In this document: piece after piece, positions 1-13,409 of the stretch | How the letters are laid out: every line of letters begins with the position of its first letter | Position numbering within the stretch: position 1 is the first letter of the stretch | Source of the DNA: the human T2T-CHM13v2.0 reference genome, Homo sapiens | Length of the DNA: 64,000 nucleotides | NCBI RefSeq assembly: GCF_009914755.1 | Contig: NC_060947.1 | Strand: one strand, 5' to 3' | Made by a program: the position numbers and the translations under genes | Notes under the pieces: model-generated | The model's database searches: none | Told to the model about the DNA's origin: nothing | The model's input: only the letters and a program-made list of their open reading frames with translations

Positions 1-757
1 GAGAAAAATATCCTTCAGGAATAAATGTGAAATGAACACATTCTCAGATGAAAAAAAAAAAAACAAAAAAGCTAAAAGTATGTCACCAGCACATCTACTC
101 TTAAAAAATGGCTAAAGGAAGTTCTCTAAATAAAAAGTAAGTGACAAAATTAAAAACCTTAGAGCATCAGGAATAAAGAACAGCAGAAAGAGTAATAACA
201 CATATAAAAATAGTAGACCATTTTTCTCCTAAGTTTTCTAATTATGTTAGATGATCAAAGCAAAAATTATGACATAGTCTGATGAATTCTAAATGTATGC
301 AGAGAAAATACTTTTTACAATTATACTATAAAGTAAGGGGTGGGACAAAAGGACATAAATGAAGGTAAGATTTCTACATTTCATTTAAACTAATTAAGTG
401 TAACACCAGTAGACTGTGATAAAGTTATGTATGCATAATGTAACACCTAGAACAACCACTAAAAAACTATTCAAATGGATATTCTCAAAAACACTATAGA
501 TATTTCAAAATAGAATTTAAAAATGACAGGCAAAGTGGTTTGAAAAGCATAACCCAACTATTGTTGTCTACAGGAAACTCATTTTCATATAACAATATGA
601 GCAGGTTGAAAATAAACGGATTAGAAAAATATCCTGCAAGCATTTATCAAAGAAGAGCAGGAGTATCTATGTTAATATCAGATAAAGTAGACTTAAGGGC
701 AAAGAAAATTACTACAGACAGAGATGAACATTATATAATAATGAAAGAGTCAATCTA

Positions 758-1252
<495 letters not shown>

Positions 1253-2247
1253 CAGTTAATCTACCAAAAAGACACTGCAATCATAAATGTATACAAACCA
1301 AACAACAACACTGCAATGCATGTGAAGCAAAACGGATAGAGCTAAAAGGAGAAACAGACAAATCCACAATTACAGTTGAAGACTTTAACGCCACTCTCTC
1401 AACCCTTGATATAACAACAAGACAAAAAGCAAGGATGTAGAAGAACTAACTCAACAACACTATCAACCAACAGGATTTAATTGACATTTGTAGAACACTT
1501 CACCCAACAAGCAGAAAAGGCATTTTCTTCAAGTGCCTGCGGGACATTCACCAAGATAGACCATATCCTGGAACATAGAACAAACCTCAACATATTTAAA
1601 AGAATTAAAATCATACAGAATGTATCATGTGACACAATGGAATAAAAGTAAAAAAAACACAACATATTGAAATTTTTTAGACACAGCTAAAGCAGTGCTA
1701 GAATGAAATTTATAACACTAATACATACATTACAGAAAATAAAAAGTCTCAAATCGTTAATTTAGGCTCTTCCTTTAAGAACCTAAAAAAGAAGAACAAG
1801 TATTCCAACACAAGCAGAAGGAAGAAATAATAACAGAAGTCAATGAAACTGAAAACAGAAAACAAGACAAAAATCTTTGAAACAAAAAGCTGGTTTTCTG
1901 AAAAGATCAATAAAATTGACAAACATCTAATGATACTGACAATAAAAAGAGAAGACATTTACCAATATCGGGGTGAAACAGGGGCTATCACTACAGACCC
2001 TGCAGTCACCAAAAGAATAACAAGGGAGTACTATGAACAACTCTACACACATACATTTGACAACTTAGATAAAATGCACCAAGTCTTCAAAAAGTACAAA
2101 CTACCAAAACTTACTCAATATGAAAACAATAATTTAAATAGCCATATGACCATTAAAAATGCAATCATAGTTTAAAAGTATAACTGTGAGAAAGAAATCT
2201 CCAGTCTCAGATGGTTTGGTTAGAACATCTATCAAAAGTTTAAAGAA

Positions 2248-2560
<313 letters not shown>

Positions 2561-2942
2561 TTAAGACCAATTTTACACAGCCTCTTCCAGAAAATAGAAG
2601 ATAAAACACTTTCAAATCTATTTTATGAGGCCAGTCTTATCCAATACAAAAGCTGGGAAAAGACAGTACAGAAAAGAAAACCACACACCAATATAACTCA
2701 TGAATATAGACACAAACATTCTTTAAAAATATATTAGCAATATATGAAGAGATTTATACAGCATGACAAGGTGGGGTTTATTCCAGGTATGAAAGTCTGG
2801 TTCAATATTTTCAATCAATGTACTCCATCATATCAGCAGGCTAAAGAAGAAAAATCACATGGATTAAATCAAAAAAGCATGTGGCAAAATCCAACAGCCA
2901 TTTACAATTTTAAAAACCTCTCAGTAACTTAGGAATAGAGGG

Positions 2943-3205
2943 TGTTACAGACTGAATTGTGTGTCCCCCTGCCCAAATTCATTATGTTAAAGTCCTAACC
3001 CCAAATTTGGCTGTATTTGGAGACAGGGCCATTAACAAGGTAATTATGGTTAAATGAGGCCATAAGAGTGGGTTCATAACCCAACAGGACTGATGTCTTT
3101 ATAAGAAGAGGACAAGATACCAGAGATCTCTTTATCACCCCACAACTCTCATTTAAGCCATCCAGTCTGTGATATTCTGTAATGGCAGTCCAAGCAGACT
3201 AATCA
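2943..3205 (+). mobile_element. MaLR solo LTR (MLT1A/MST-like), internally deleted
   Basis: TG...CA termini (tgttacagactgaattg ... gcagactaatca) with exact 5-bp TSD gaggg (2938-2942, 3206-3210). Confidence 0.88.
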
Positions 3206-5460
3206 GAGGGGAAGAGCATCTACATAATACCTATAACTAATGTCATACTTAATGGTAAAAGACTGAACACTTTCCCTCTAAAGCCTGAAAGAAAACAAGG
3301 ATGTCTGCTAGTACCACTCTTACTCAACATGTCACTGAAAGTCCTAGCCAGCTCAATAAGAAAAGGAGATAACTGGAATAGATTAGAAAGGAAGAACTAA
3401 AACTGTTCCTGCTTGTAGATAACATGATAATCTATGTTAAAAATCTTGAGGTATGTATAAAACAAGTAATGAGAGAGTTCATCAAAGTTGCAGAACACAA
3501 GATCAACACACGAAAGCCAATCTTACTTCAGTATACTAGCAACAAGCATGTAGAAACTATAGTTAAAAGCACAATACCATTTAAAATAACTCTAAAAGAG
3601 AGAAGGAAATATTTAGCTGTAAATCTAACAACACAAGCACAGTATGTTTATGCTGAAAACTACACAATGCTAATGAAAGAAATTAAAGAAGATCTAAATA
3701 AATGGAGAGACATACCATATTCAGGGATTAAAAGATGCAACATAGTAAAGATGTCAATTCTCCCCATATTGAAATACAGTTTTAATGCCATTCCTATCAA
3801 AATTCCAGCAGGATTTGTTTGTAAATATAGACAATATTATCCTTAAATTTATATGAAAAAGCAAAGGAACTCGAATAGTTAAAACAACTTTGAAAAATAA
3901 AAATAAACTAAGAAGAATTTCTCTGCTTGGTGTTAAGGCCTATTGCATAACCAAAGTAAGCAGTATAGTGTGTTTAGGGCAGAGGAACAGACACTGATAT
4001 AGATCAGTGAGACAGAACAGAGAATTCATAAATAGACCCACACAAATACGCCCAACAGATTTTTGACAAAGTTGCAAAAGCAATTTAATGGAGGAAGGAT
4101 AGTCTTTTTAACAAATGGTACTGGAGCAAGTGGACACCCACAGTAAAAAAAAAAAAAAAAAAATTTGACCTAACCGTCACACTTTTTAAACTCAAAATGG
4201 ATCACAGACTTAAATATAACATGTCAAAGTATAAAGTTTTCAGAAGAAAACATAAGCAAAAATCTTTGGAACCTATGGCTGAGTGAAGAATTCTTAGACT
4301 TGACACCAAAATCATAATCTATTAAAAAAAAAATAGATTAACTGGGTCACACCGAAACTACTTTGCTCCTGAAAGGCACTGTTAAGAGGGTGAAAAGACA
4401 AGCTACAGACTGGGAGAAAATATTTACAAACCATATATTCAACAAAAGACTTGTATCTAGGATATATAAAGAGCTCTCAAAAATCAAGAGTATAATAATA
4501 ATAATAAAAACTCCTGTCAGAAAATAGGCAAAACACACGAAGAAACATTTTGTGGAAGATAATCCACAGATGGCAAATAAGCACAACCTCATTAGCCATC
4601 AAGGAAATGCAAATAAAAACCACAATGAGATATCATTGCACACCTATCCGAATGGCTAAAATAAAAAATATTGACAACAACAAACGCTGAAGATGATACA
4701 GAAAAACTGGATTATACATTGTTGGTGGGAACATAAATGGTACAGTCCCTCTTGAAAAGAGTCAATTTCTTATAAAATTAAGCATGCAACTACTGTACAA
4801 CCCAGCAATTTCTCTCCTGGCCATTTATCTCAGAAAAAATGAAAAACTTATTTTCACAAAACTATACACAAATATTCATAGCAGATTTATTTGTAGTAGT
4901 CAAAAACTGAAAAGACCTCAGCTATCCATCAGTGTGTGAATGGTTAAACAAACTATGGTACATCCAAACCATGGAGTACTATTCAGCAATAACCAGAAAT
5001 GACCTAATGATACATGCAACAACTTGAATGGATCTCAAGGGCATTATGATGAATGAGGTAAAAAACAATCTATATAACAGTCTCGAAATGAAAAATTATA
5101 GAGATGGAGAACAGATTACTAGCTGCCAGAGGTTAGAGATGGTGGGATTGAGGGTGTGTGTCTGTGTGTGTTTAAAGGTGTAACACACGGAAGATCTTTG
5201 TGGTGATGGAACAGTTCTTTATCTTGATTGTGGTGATGGTTACAGGAATGTACACATGTGATCAAATGGCATAGAACTATACACACATTGTACCAATATC
5301 AAATTCCTAGTTTTGATATTGTACTATAGTTACATTTCATGTAACAACTGAGGAAAACTGGGTTAAAGGTACACAATACCATGCTGTAGTATCTTTGTAA
5401 CTTCCTGTGAATCTATATTTCAAAATTTGAAGTTGAAAAGAAAAAAAGTAGGCTCCAAGA

Positions 5461-5720
5461 TGTGTTAGAGTGGAAAGAATGTGGGCTTTGAGGTTAACCA
5501 GTCCTGGATTTGAAGCCTGTCTTGTCTTCCTAGTAGCCAGGTGTGAACTTGGGCTACCAAGTTATTTCATTTGTCTGAGCCTTGGTTTCCTGCTCTTTAA
5601 AATGGGGCTAATAATATGGCCTATTCCACAGGGTTTCAGGGAGGATCCAATAAGACGATGTATGTGAAAGTGCTTGGCTCAGGGCCTGGCCCATAATAAA
5701 TGTTCAAGGAAATGAGCTAC
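5461..5720 (+). mobile_element. MIR SINE, near full length
   Basis: MIR core ctgagccttggtttcctgctctttaaaatggggctaataat and 3' gtgaaagtgcttggctcagggcctggcccataataaatgttcaa. Confidence 0.85.
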
Positions 5721-6269
5721 CTAATGGTGGCCTGATTTATTATGACTTCACACTTGTTTCATTTGTCCTGATATGAAAGCAATTCTATGCCTGGCCTTCC
5801 TCTCTCCACCAGACAAAAAGCACCTTAGGTGTAGTGAGTGTGCAACATTTGGTTTCATGGCCTGTTTCCCAGGCCATAGCCTAGGCTCTGCCCTGAGGCA
5901 CATCCAACAGAGACCTGGACTACAGGCACTGCCAAGGGTGGCTTCTCCAGTAGGTAAACTCTATTCCTGTAGCATGGCTCCTGTGTGGATGAGTGAGGAG
6001 CTCTGTAGCAGGGACACATGGACACAACCTGGCATAAAACATCTGCTTTCACAAGTTCCCTCAGAATATGCACCCCATGACTTTGTTGGGCCCCATTAAT
6101 CACGGCAGCATTTCAAATTGCGTGTCGGAAAATGCACAGTGATAACAGATGTTATTGGAATGTTTTCATGAGGGATGGTTGGGAGTAAAAAATAATCCCA
6201 CTTTCATTACTGTGATCATTTTGCTTCCCCCACCCTACTTTTGCTCAAAAATACCACTTTTCCCTCAAG

Positions 6270-6660
6270 AGCCCTTCACTGGCCTTGAAGGTCTTCCCTA
6301 TCAAGACTTCAACCTGCTTCCCTCCATCTGCTGATACTCCCCTTCTCACACACCTACTCTCCACTCTGGACAAAAGGAACTGCTCCATCTTCCACAAGTT
6401 ACCCACTCCAGGCTTTGCCCAGGTTGCTCCCTAGTCCCAGTTTTCTTTCCCTGCACGCTCTATGCTCTGCCCAGGCCTGATTCCTGTCCTTCCTTCTAGG
6501 CTCTCTCCTACCAGCTCTTCCCCACTCCCCTAACATCTGGCTGGGGTCTGTACCAACTTGTGCTTATGGATCCTTATGCTTTCTTCAGCCCCGCCCCCTG
6601 ACCTGGTGAGCTTCTGGGCGCCTAGTCACTTCTTAGTGAATGTTTGCTGAATAAGTGCTC
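6270..6660 (+). mobile_element. L2 fragments (degenerate)
   Basis: L2-like ccaggctttgcccaggttgctccctagt and 3'-end-like tagtgaatgtttgctgaataa. Confidence 0.55.
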
Positions 6661-7179
6661 AATGCTCATGGCTTGCATACAATGAAGAGTGGCCTGAGCC
6701 CTGCCAGCCAGCAACTGTGCTTGCAGTGTCCCCACTTACGCTGTGGAAGATGGAGACTTTCCAGTCAACATGAAGGAGGAGCAAAGGCCTGAGAGTGTGA
6801 ACTCTGTCATTGGTTTGGCAGCCACCCAGGATGCCCCTGGCCAGGAGGTGGCTGGGCAACTCTGGGCTCACAGACAGCCATTGAGCAAGCCTCATAAAGA
6901 CGGTCTGTGTCCATAGGCCTGACACATCTGGGCCGGGTGCTTGCAAAGCCAGTTGATATGCTGGAGGGCACAGACAGTTTCCTGTGAGTTGTTATGGCCA
7001 AAGACCTATCCCTACCCCCACCTCTTTAAGCTTCAGCCAGACTTAAAGATATTCTGTTTGGCTGGTGTGGGCTGAGAGGCAGTAGATGGGGAAAGAGCAC
7101 TTGACTGAGAGTCTGAAAATCTAGATTCAGTATGCAGCTCTAACTCATAAGGACTTTTTGGAAAACACATCTAACATGT

Positions 7180-7423
7180 CATGATCACAACCAAATTAAC
7201 AATGATTCCTTATGAATCCATACTAAAATTATTTGATTTGAATCAGTGCAAACAAGGTTCTCATACTGCCTGTCTCTTTTAGTCAATAACACTCCCTACA
7301 CTCTAACTTTTTGAACTTTCTATTATGGAAATATAGAATTATAGAGTATAAAATGGTATTATCAATCCCTTCTGAAGCATAACTACATCATTATTAGTAT
7401 ACCTGAAATAATTTATTACTCCT
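7180..7423 (-). mobile_element. Fragment of older L1MC4/L1MC5-type 3' UTR
   Basis: aaattaacaatgattcctta and tttgaatcagtgcaaacaaggttc resemble the antisense L1MC4/5 3' UTR; the same family resumes at 10778. Confidence 0.45.
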
Positions 7424-8862
7424 TAATGGTAAAAGAATAAGTGCTTTCCCCCTAAGGTCAGGAACAAGGCAAGTCTTCCAGATTTCAGCACTTTTACTCA
7501 GCATAGAACTGGAAGTCCTAGCAACTGTAATAAGGCAAGAAAAGGAAATAAAGGTATACAGATTGGAAATGAAGAAATAAAACTTCCTGTACTTGCAGAT
7601 GACATGATCATCTCTATAGAAAATTCCAAAGCATCACTAAAAATATTCAAGATCTACTAAGTCAATTCAGCAAGGGTGTAGAATACAAGACCAACATACC
7701 CCAAAATTTAATAACACTTTTATACACTAACAATAAATATGTAGAAACCAAAATTCAAAACACAATACCATTAATAATCGCTCCAAAGAAAATGAAATAC
7801 TTAGGTATAACCTTAAGAAAACATGCATCAGTATGCTAAAATTTACAAAAAGTTGACGAAGGAAATCAAATAACACCTAAACAAATGGAGAGATAAATCA
7901 TCCCTATTCTTGGGTTAAAAGACTCAAGATAATAAAGATTTCAATTCTTATGTAATTGATACACAGATTTAGCATAATTCCTATCAAAATACCAGCAAGG
8001 TTTACTTGTAGATCTATACAAGCTTATTTTACAATTTACATGGAATGGCACAGGTTTAAATTAGCTAAAACAATCTTGTCAAAAAAGAATAAAGTTGAAG
8101 GTATCACTCTACCCAATATTAAGGTTGAGTTTATAGCTCCAGTAATTAAGACAACTCAGGATTAGTGGAGGGACAGATACATAGACCAGTGGAACAGAAT
8201 GAAGAACTGAGAAATAGAAAGAACCATAATAGAACCACCCTTTGATTTTTGACAAAATTGCAAAAGCAATTCAACAGAGGAAGGTTTGTCTTTCAGCAAG
8301 TGATGCTGAAGCAATTCAATATCCATAAGCCAAAAAAAAAAAAAACCCACGTTGACCTAAATCTCACAGGTAATGTAAAAATTAACTCAAAATGGATCAT
8401 AAAATTAATTGTGAAATGTAAAACTATAAAACTCAGAAAAAAACAACACAAGAAAAAATCTTCAAGATTTAGGACTAGGCAGGGAGTTCTTAGCCATTAC
8501 TCCAAAAGCATGTCCCATAAAAAGAAAACTAGATAAATTAGACTACATCAAAATGAAAAAATCTTGCTCTGAGAAAGACCCTATGAAAATGATCAAACAA
8601 GTTACAGACAGGGAGAAATTCTTTGAAAACTACAGTTTTGAGAACTCCTTATATATTCTAGATACAAGTTCTTTGACAGTAAAAAACAATTCAATTAGAA
8701 AATGGGCAAAAGACATAAAGATGTATTTCACTGAAGAAAATCCACAGATGGCAAATAAACACATGAAAAGATGCTCAACATTGTTAGTTATCAATGAATG
8801 CACGTTGTAACCACGATGGGATACCTTACACACTTATCAGAATGGCTAAAATTTTTTTTTAA

Positions 8863-9166
8863 CGGAACAAAGCAGAACGGTCTGAAGGACTGAGAACCAG
8901 GAATATTGAGGGTAGGAGATCAACGTCTCAGCTCGAGCAGTCAGGCAGCATGAACTCACCCGTTCCACCTTTTTTGCTCTATTCTGGTCCTCAATGGATT
9001 AGATCATGCCCACCCACACTGGCAAAGACAATTCATTTCCTTGGTCTACTCATTCACATGCTAATTTCTCCTGGAAACAGCCCTACAGACACAACTAGAA
9101 ATAATGTTTAACCAAATATCTGGCCATCTCGTGATCCAGTCAAGTTGACACAGAAAATTAACCATC
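8863..9166 (-). mobile_element. MLT2 (ERVL) LTR fragment
   Basis: Antisense MLT2 5' portion: atgcccacccacactgg ... ccaaatatctggccatc ... cagtcaagttgacacagaaaattaaccatc. Confidence 0.85.
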
Positions 9167-9167
9167 T

Positions 9168-9500
9168 AGACCTGGAAAGTGATCTTAACCTTGCTTGATT
9201 AGCAAACACAACTACAACTTAACATGGTCTATTTCTTATAACGTCCATCTCAGAGAAAAGTGAAACTTAAGCTCAATCAATTGGAAGCCACCAACTAACC
9301 TATAATTATCTAACTTGGGATTTCCCAATGAGATAGACCAAACAAGGCAACTATACACATGTAACCAATCAAATATTTTCTTTGGCTTACTTCTGTGTTT
9401 ACCCTGTAAAACATTCTCCCCACTCCTTCAGTAGAGCCCTAACCACTTTCTGTTTGGTGCTACCTGATTCATGAATCAATGTTTGCTCAAATAAACTCTT
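9168..9500 (+). mobile_element. ERV1 MER4-group LTR fragment (MER31/MER67-like), ending just past its poly(A) signal
   Basis: gtaaccaatcaaatattttctttg ... ctacctgattcatgaatcaatgtttgctcaAATAAActctt, a typical 3' part of MER4-group LTRs; AATAAA at 9490-9495. Confidence 0.7.
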
Positions 9501-10314
9501 AAATTTTTGTTTTAAAAAAGGAACAACACTAGGTTGGCAATTATGTGGATAAACTGGATCACTTGTAAATGGCAATTAGAATATAAAATGATATAGCTAT
9601 TCTGGAGAACAGATTGGCAATTGCTTATAAAGCTAAACTACCATATGTAGTTTATGTATGCAAATGCCATATAACTAAACAATTGCACTCCTGGACATTT
9701 ATTCTAGGGGAAGGAAAGCCTATGTTCTCACAAAAATCGGTTTATGAATGTTCATAGAAGTTTTACTTATAATAGCCAAAATTGGAATCAGCCCAGATAT
9801 CATTCAGTGGGAATGGTTAAACAAGCTGTGATACATCCACATGCTGGAATACTACTCAGCAATAAAAAGAAGCAAACAATTAATACACACAACAACCTGG
9901 TTGCAGCTCCAGAGAATTATAATGAGTGAAAAAGCCAATCATGATTGGGCTAAGGGATGCCCAGATATCTGGTTAAACACTATTTCTGGGTGGGTCTGTG
10001 AGGGTGTTTCTGAAACAGATTAGCATTTGAATTGGTGGGCTAAGCAAAACAAGTGGCCCTCCCTAATGTAGGTGGGCATCATCCAATCCATTTAGGGCCC
10101 ACATAGAACAAAAAAGCGGAGGAATGTTTAACTTGCCTGATTGCTTGCGCTGGAACATCAATTATCTCTTGGCTTTGACACTCTTGGTTCTTGGGCCTTT
10201 TGACCTGGACTGGAATCTACACTGTCAGTTCTCTGGCTTTCAGGTGTTTGAACTACACCCACTAGCTTTCCTGGGTCTCTGCCTTACAAACAGCAGATTG
10301 TGGGGATATATGTA

Positions 10315-10316
<2 letters not shown>

Positions 10317-10349
<33 letters not shown>

Positions 10350-10357
10350 TACACACA
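10317..10357. repeat. (AC)15 microsatellite with imperfect extension
   Basis: Pure AC 10317-10346. Confidence 0.95.
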
Positions 10358-10665
10358 CAGTCACATTCCACATCTGCAGATTCAACCAACCATGGATCAA
10401 AAGTATTTGGAAAAAAATGATAAAAATAACAATACAATTACAAATGATACAAGTAAAAACAATACAGTATAACAATATTTATATAGCATGTACATTGTAT
10501 GAGGCATTGTAAGTAATCTTGAGGTGATTCAAAGTATACCAGAAGATGTACATAGTTTATATGCAAATACTATGCCATTTTATATCACAGACATGAACAT
10601 GCAAGGATTTTGGTACCTGTTGGGGTTCCTGGAATTAATCCCCCATTGATACCAAGGGATGAGTA
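10358..10665. mobile_element. MER2 (Tigger-derived MITE)
   Basis: atctgcagattcaaccaaccatggatcaaaagtatttgg ... ttatatgcaaatactatgccattttatat ... gataccaagggatgagta. Confidence 0.85.
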
Positions 10666-10777
10666 TATGTTATATTGGCTGTTTCTCTGGAGAGCTGTGA
10701 CTAATACACACTCACAACTGAATATCTGTAAAACTGGGGAAATAGGAATAACATCAGTGGATTGTAGCACAATGTCC

Positions 10778-11787
10778 ATCATTTCATTAGGGTTTCAAAA
10801 TGGTGATATTCTACTTTTCTCATTCCTTCTCATTTATTAGCTGGAATACTTCCATAAAAAGAGACTTCTCGTCATCAACTATTTGGTTACCTTTATATTG
10901 GAAAGGCAGGAGAAGTATTTATTTCTTTCCATTTATTTACCTGTTTTTAAAATAAGGAGTTGGGTTCCCTAGCATCCTCCAAATATGTGAACCAATGAGA
11001 CCAATTTTTAAAACTTTTCACTATCATTAGAATCTCACAGATTTAGACAGATGTGTTCTGCTCCAATCCTTTCAGTAATTATTCTTGTTGATGCTCAAAT
11101 TGTTATATCTTTGGCCAATGAGAGTTTATACAGGTTGGGTCCTAAGACCTTTTGCTATGATAGTAGTTTTTGACAACTTCCCTTGCTTTCTGGTATGACA
11201 GGCAGTTCCAGGGTTGTCTGGTACATTTTCTGCCCCAGACCTGAAATCAGCCACTTCTCCAAGGAACCTTTGTTCTTTTAATGATAAATGGTATTTAGAA
11301 ATCAAGATCTGGGCACTAACAGTATCCTTGCCAATAGGTTTGCCATTGTTTCTAGGCCTTTTCAGAGACAGAGGTAGAAAATATTTTTTTAAGACAAAAT
11401 AATTTATGAATCCATACTAACACTTTCAATTCAGATTCAGGACTACAGGGTTTTTATTTAATCTCTTCCATCCAATGAAACCAGCACACTCGGTTAATTT
11501 TTCCCACAACATGAATGACAGTCTCAGAATAACAAAACTAGCACTGCTACCAACAATATGATTACCAAAAACAATTTAAGATTTTTTTTGCAGTTCTTTT
11601 TTTCCTTATAATAAATCCTATTAGCGATGCTCAGTCAAGTTACTATGTATTAAAGTCACTTGAAATAGTTCTCTACACAGATTCTTGTTATTTTGATTTT
11701 TGTTTTCATTTTACTTTTGATGTTTAGGGGCCGCTTTTTATGCACTTTAATTTGTTTTAAAATTCTGTAAAGGATTTATGTGGCACC
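10778..11787 (-). mobile_element. L1MC4/L1MC5-type 3' UTR (antisense)
   Basis: aaatggtgatattcta ... catttattagctggaatacttcc ... ccccagacctgaaatcagccacttctccaaggaacc, characteristic of this UTR. Confidence 0.75.
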
Positions 11788-12149
11788 TGTTATTGACTGA
11801 AGGTTTGTGTCCCCCTAAAATTTCTTTGCTGACACCCTAACCTCCAACATGATGATATTAGGAGGTGAGACCTTCGATAGGTGATGAGGTCATGAGGCTG
11901 GAGCCCTCATGAACGAGATTAGTGTTTGTATGAAAGAAGCCCCAGAGAGCTCATTTGCTCTTCTGCCAGGTTAGGACACTGGGAAGTAAACAGTCTATGA
12001 CCCAGAAGAGAAGCCTCACCACAAATCAACCATGCTGGCATCCTGATCTCAGACTTCCCTGACTCCAGAACAATGAGAAATATATTTCTGTTTTTATAAG
12101 CCACCCAATCTATAGTACTTTGTTATAGCAGCCAGAATGGACTAAGACA
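11788..12149 (+). mobile_element. MaLR solo LTR (MLT1A0-like)
   Basis: tgttattgactgaaggtttgtgtcccc ... taagccacccaatctatagtactttgttatagcagccagaatggactaagaca. Confidence 0.9.
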
Positions 12150-12269
12150 CGTCCAAAGTCAGTTGTTGGGAATGTGGCCTCTCTGTGGTGGCAGCCACAG
12201 CCCCGTAATGCAGCCTGGCTCTTTTGGTTTACCATAATTACCTGTTAACTCAGCAGTCTCCCCCACTAC

Positions 12270-12381
12270 GTTATCAGCTCCATGAAGTAGAGGCAGCAGA
12301 TGTCTTGTCCACCTCTGTACCCCACTATCTAGCACGTAATACATAAAGTGGTGCTCAGTAAATATTGATTGAATAAATAAA
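12270..12381 (+). mobile_element. L2 3' end
   Basis: agctccatgaagtagaggc ... tctagcacgtaatacataaagtggtgctcagtaaatattgattgaataaataaa. Confidence 0.8.
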
Positions 12382-13409
12382 CTTGGAGAGATTTCCTCAG
12401 GATTTAGAGTAGCAATCATCTCAGTGACACAGCCCTGTACCTCCTTACCAGGGTCTAAGACAAAGCACAAGGCGCTCAGCCCTCTCTTGCTGAGGAAACA
12501 TTTCTGCCCTCTTTGCCTAGTCCTCCCAACTCAAACCCCGTTCTGAAAACTCGTATCCCACCGTAACAGTAACCAAAATACCAGTCTTGATGTTTCCCTC
12601 AAGAAACCTACAGGTTCTTAAAGAAACAAGAATCCAGGTAGCAAATCTGACATCCCAGAATTCCTAGGGAAGGCAAACAGATTAGGCTCCCCACAGTAAA
12701 CAGATAGCTAAAATATAGCCATCTTTTTAAAAAGTCCTGCTTATTTCTATAGAGAACATACTGTAGAGAAGGCTAAAGATTGTCCCACAGATTTCCCATA
12801 TTGTTACACAGCATTAGATTAGGAGATGAAATTAAGACTACTGATTTTCTGATTGTGTGGATTTTAGGTGTATTTTGTTTGTTTGTTTCACATACTAAAG
12901 TAGGAAACCATGAACAGATCTCCCCAAACTGGAGCGTGGGTCCAAGGCTCTGGTTCTATCCCAGGGATCAAAGCAGCATGGCCCAGTCCAATGGGAGGAC
13001 TGAGGAAGTCCTGGGTTCTGGCCTGCTCCTGGCACAATGGTCTCATCTCTGCCCCAAAGAGGGAGAATAAAGTGATTTTTAGGGCCTTCCTGTCCTTCCA
13101 GCACTGTTCAGCTGAAACTCTATGGTGACCTCCTCCCCTGTAGCACTGCAGAAACTCTACAAGTGGGAGAAGTTGAAGGCTATCTGGGGCTTTTCAACAT
13201 GGCCCCCATTCTTTAGTGGGGCATGGCCCGGGAGCCTGACATGGGGTCAAGCCATCCCAAAGTTTTCCAAGACCCACATTTTTTTTCTCCAACCCCTTGA
13301 ATGACTAAATTCAGCTGGTAACCCCCTCCCCAACCATAAAAGGTATTATTACTCCTGAAAAATATTATCTTCCCTCTTATGGGACTGTCCATGTAGGTGT
13401 GGAACTGTA

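Larger units (their letters stand above)
9940..10708 (+). mobile_element. MLT2 (ERVL) LTR containing a (CA)n and a nested MER2
   Basis: ggctaagggatgcccagatatctggttaaacactatttctggg ... gtgggcatcatccaatcc; 3' terminus gtttctctggagagctgtgactaataca at 10681-10708. Confidence 0.88.
7424..10777 (+). mobile_element. Second 5'-truncated L1MC/MD-type LINE-1 (RT region to 3' UTR), multiply interrupted
   Basis: RT motif LADDM (cttgcagatgacatg at 7592); ORFs 7956..8165 (IPIKIPA) and 8553..8810 (MANKHMKRCST); L1 segments 7424-8862, 9514-9939, 10709-10777. Confidence 0.9.
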
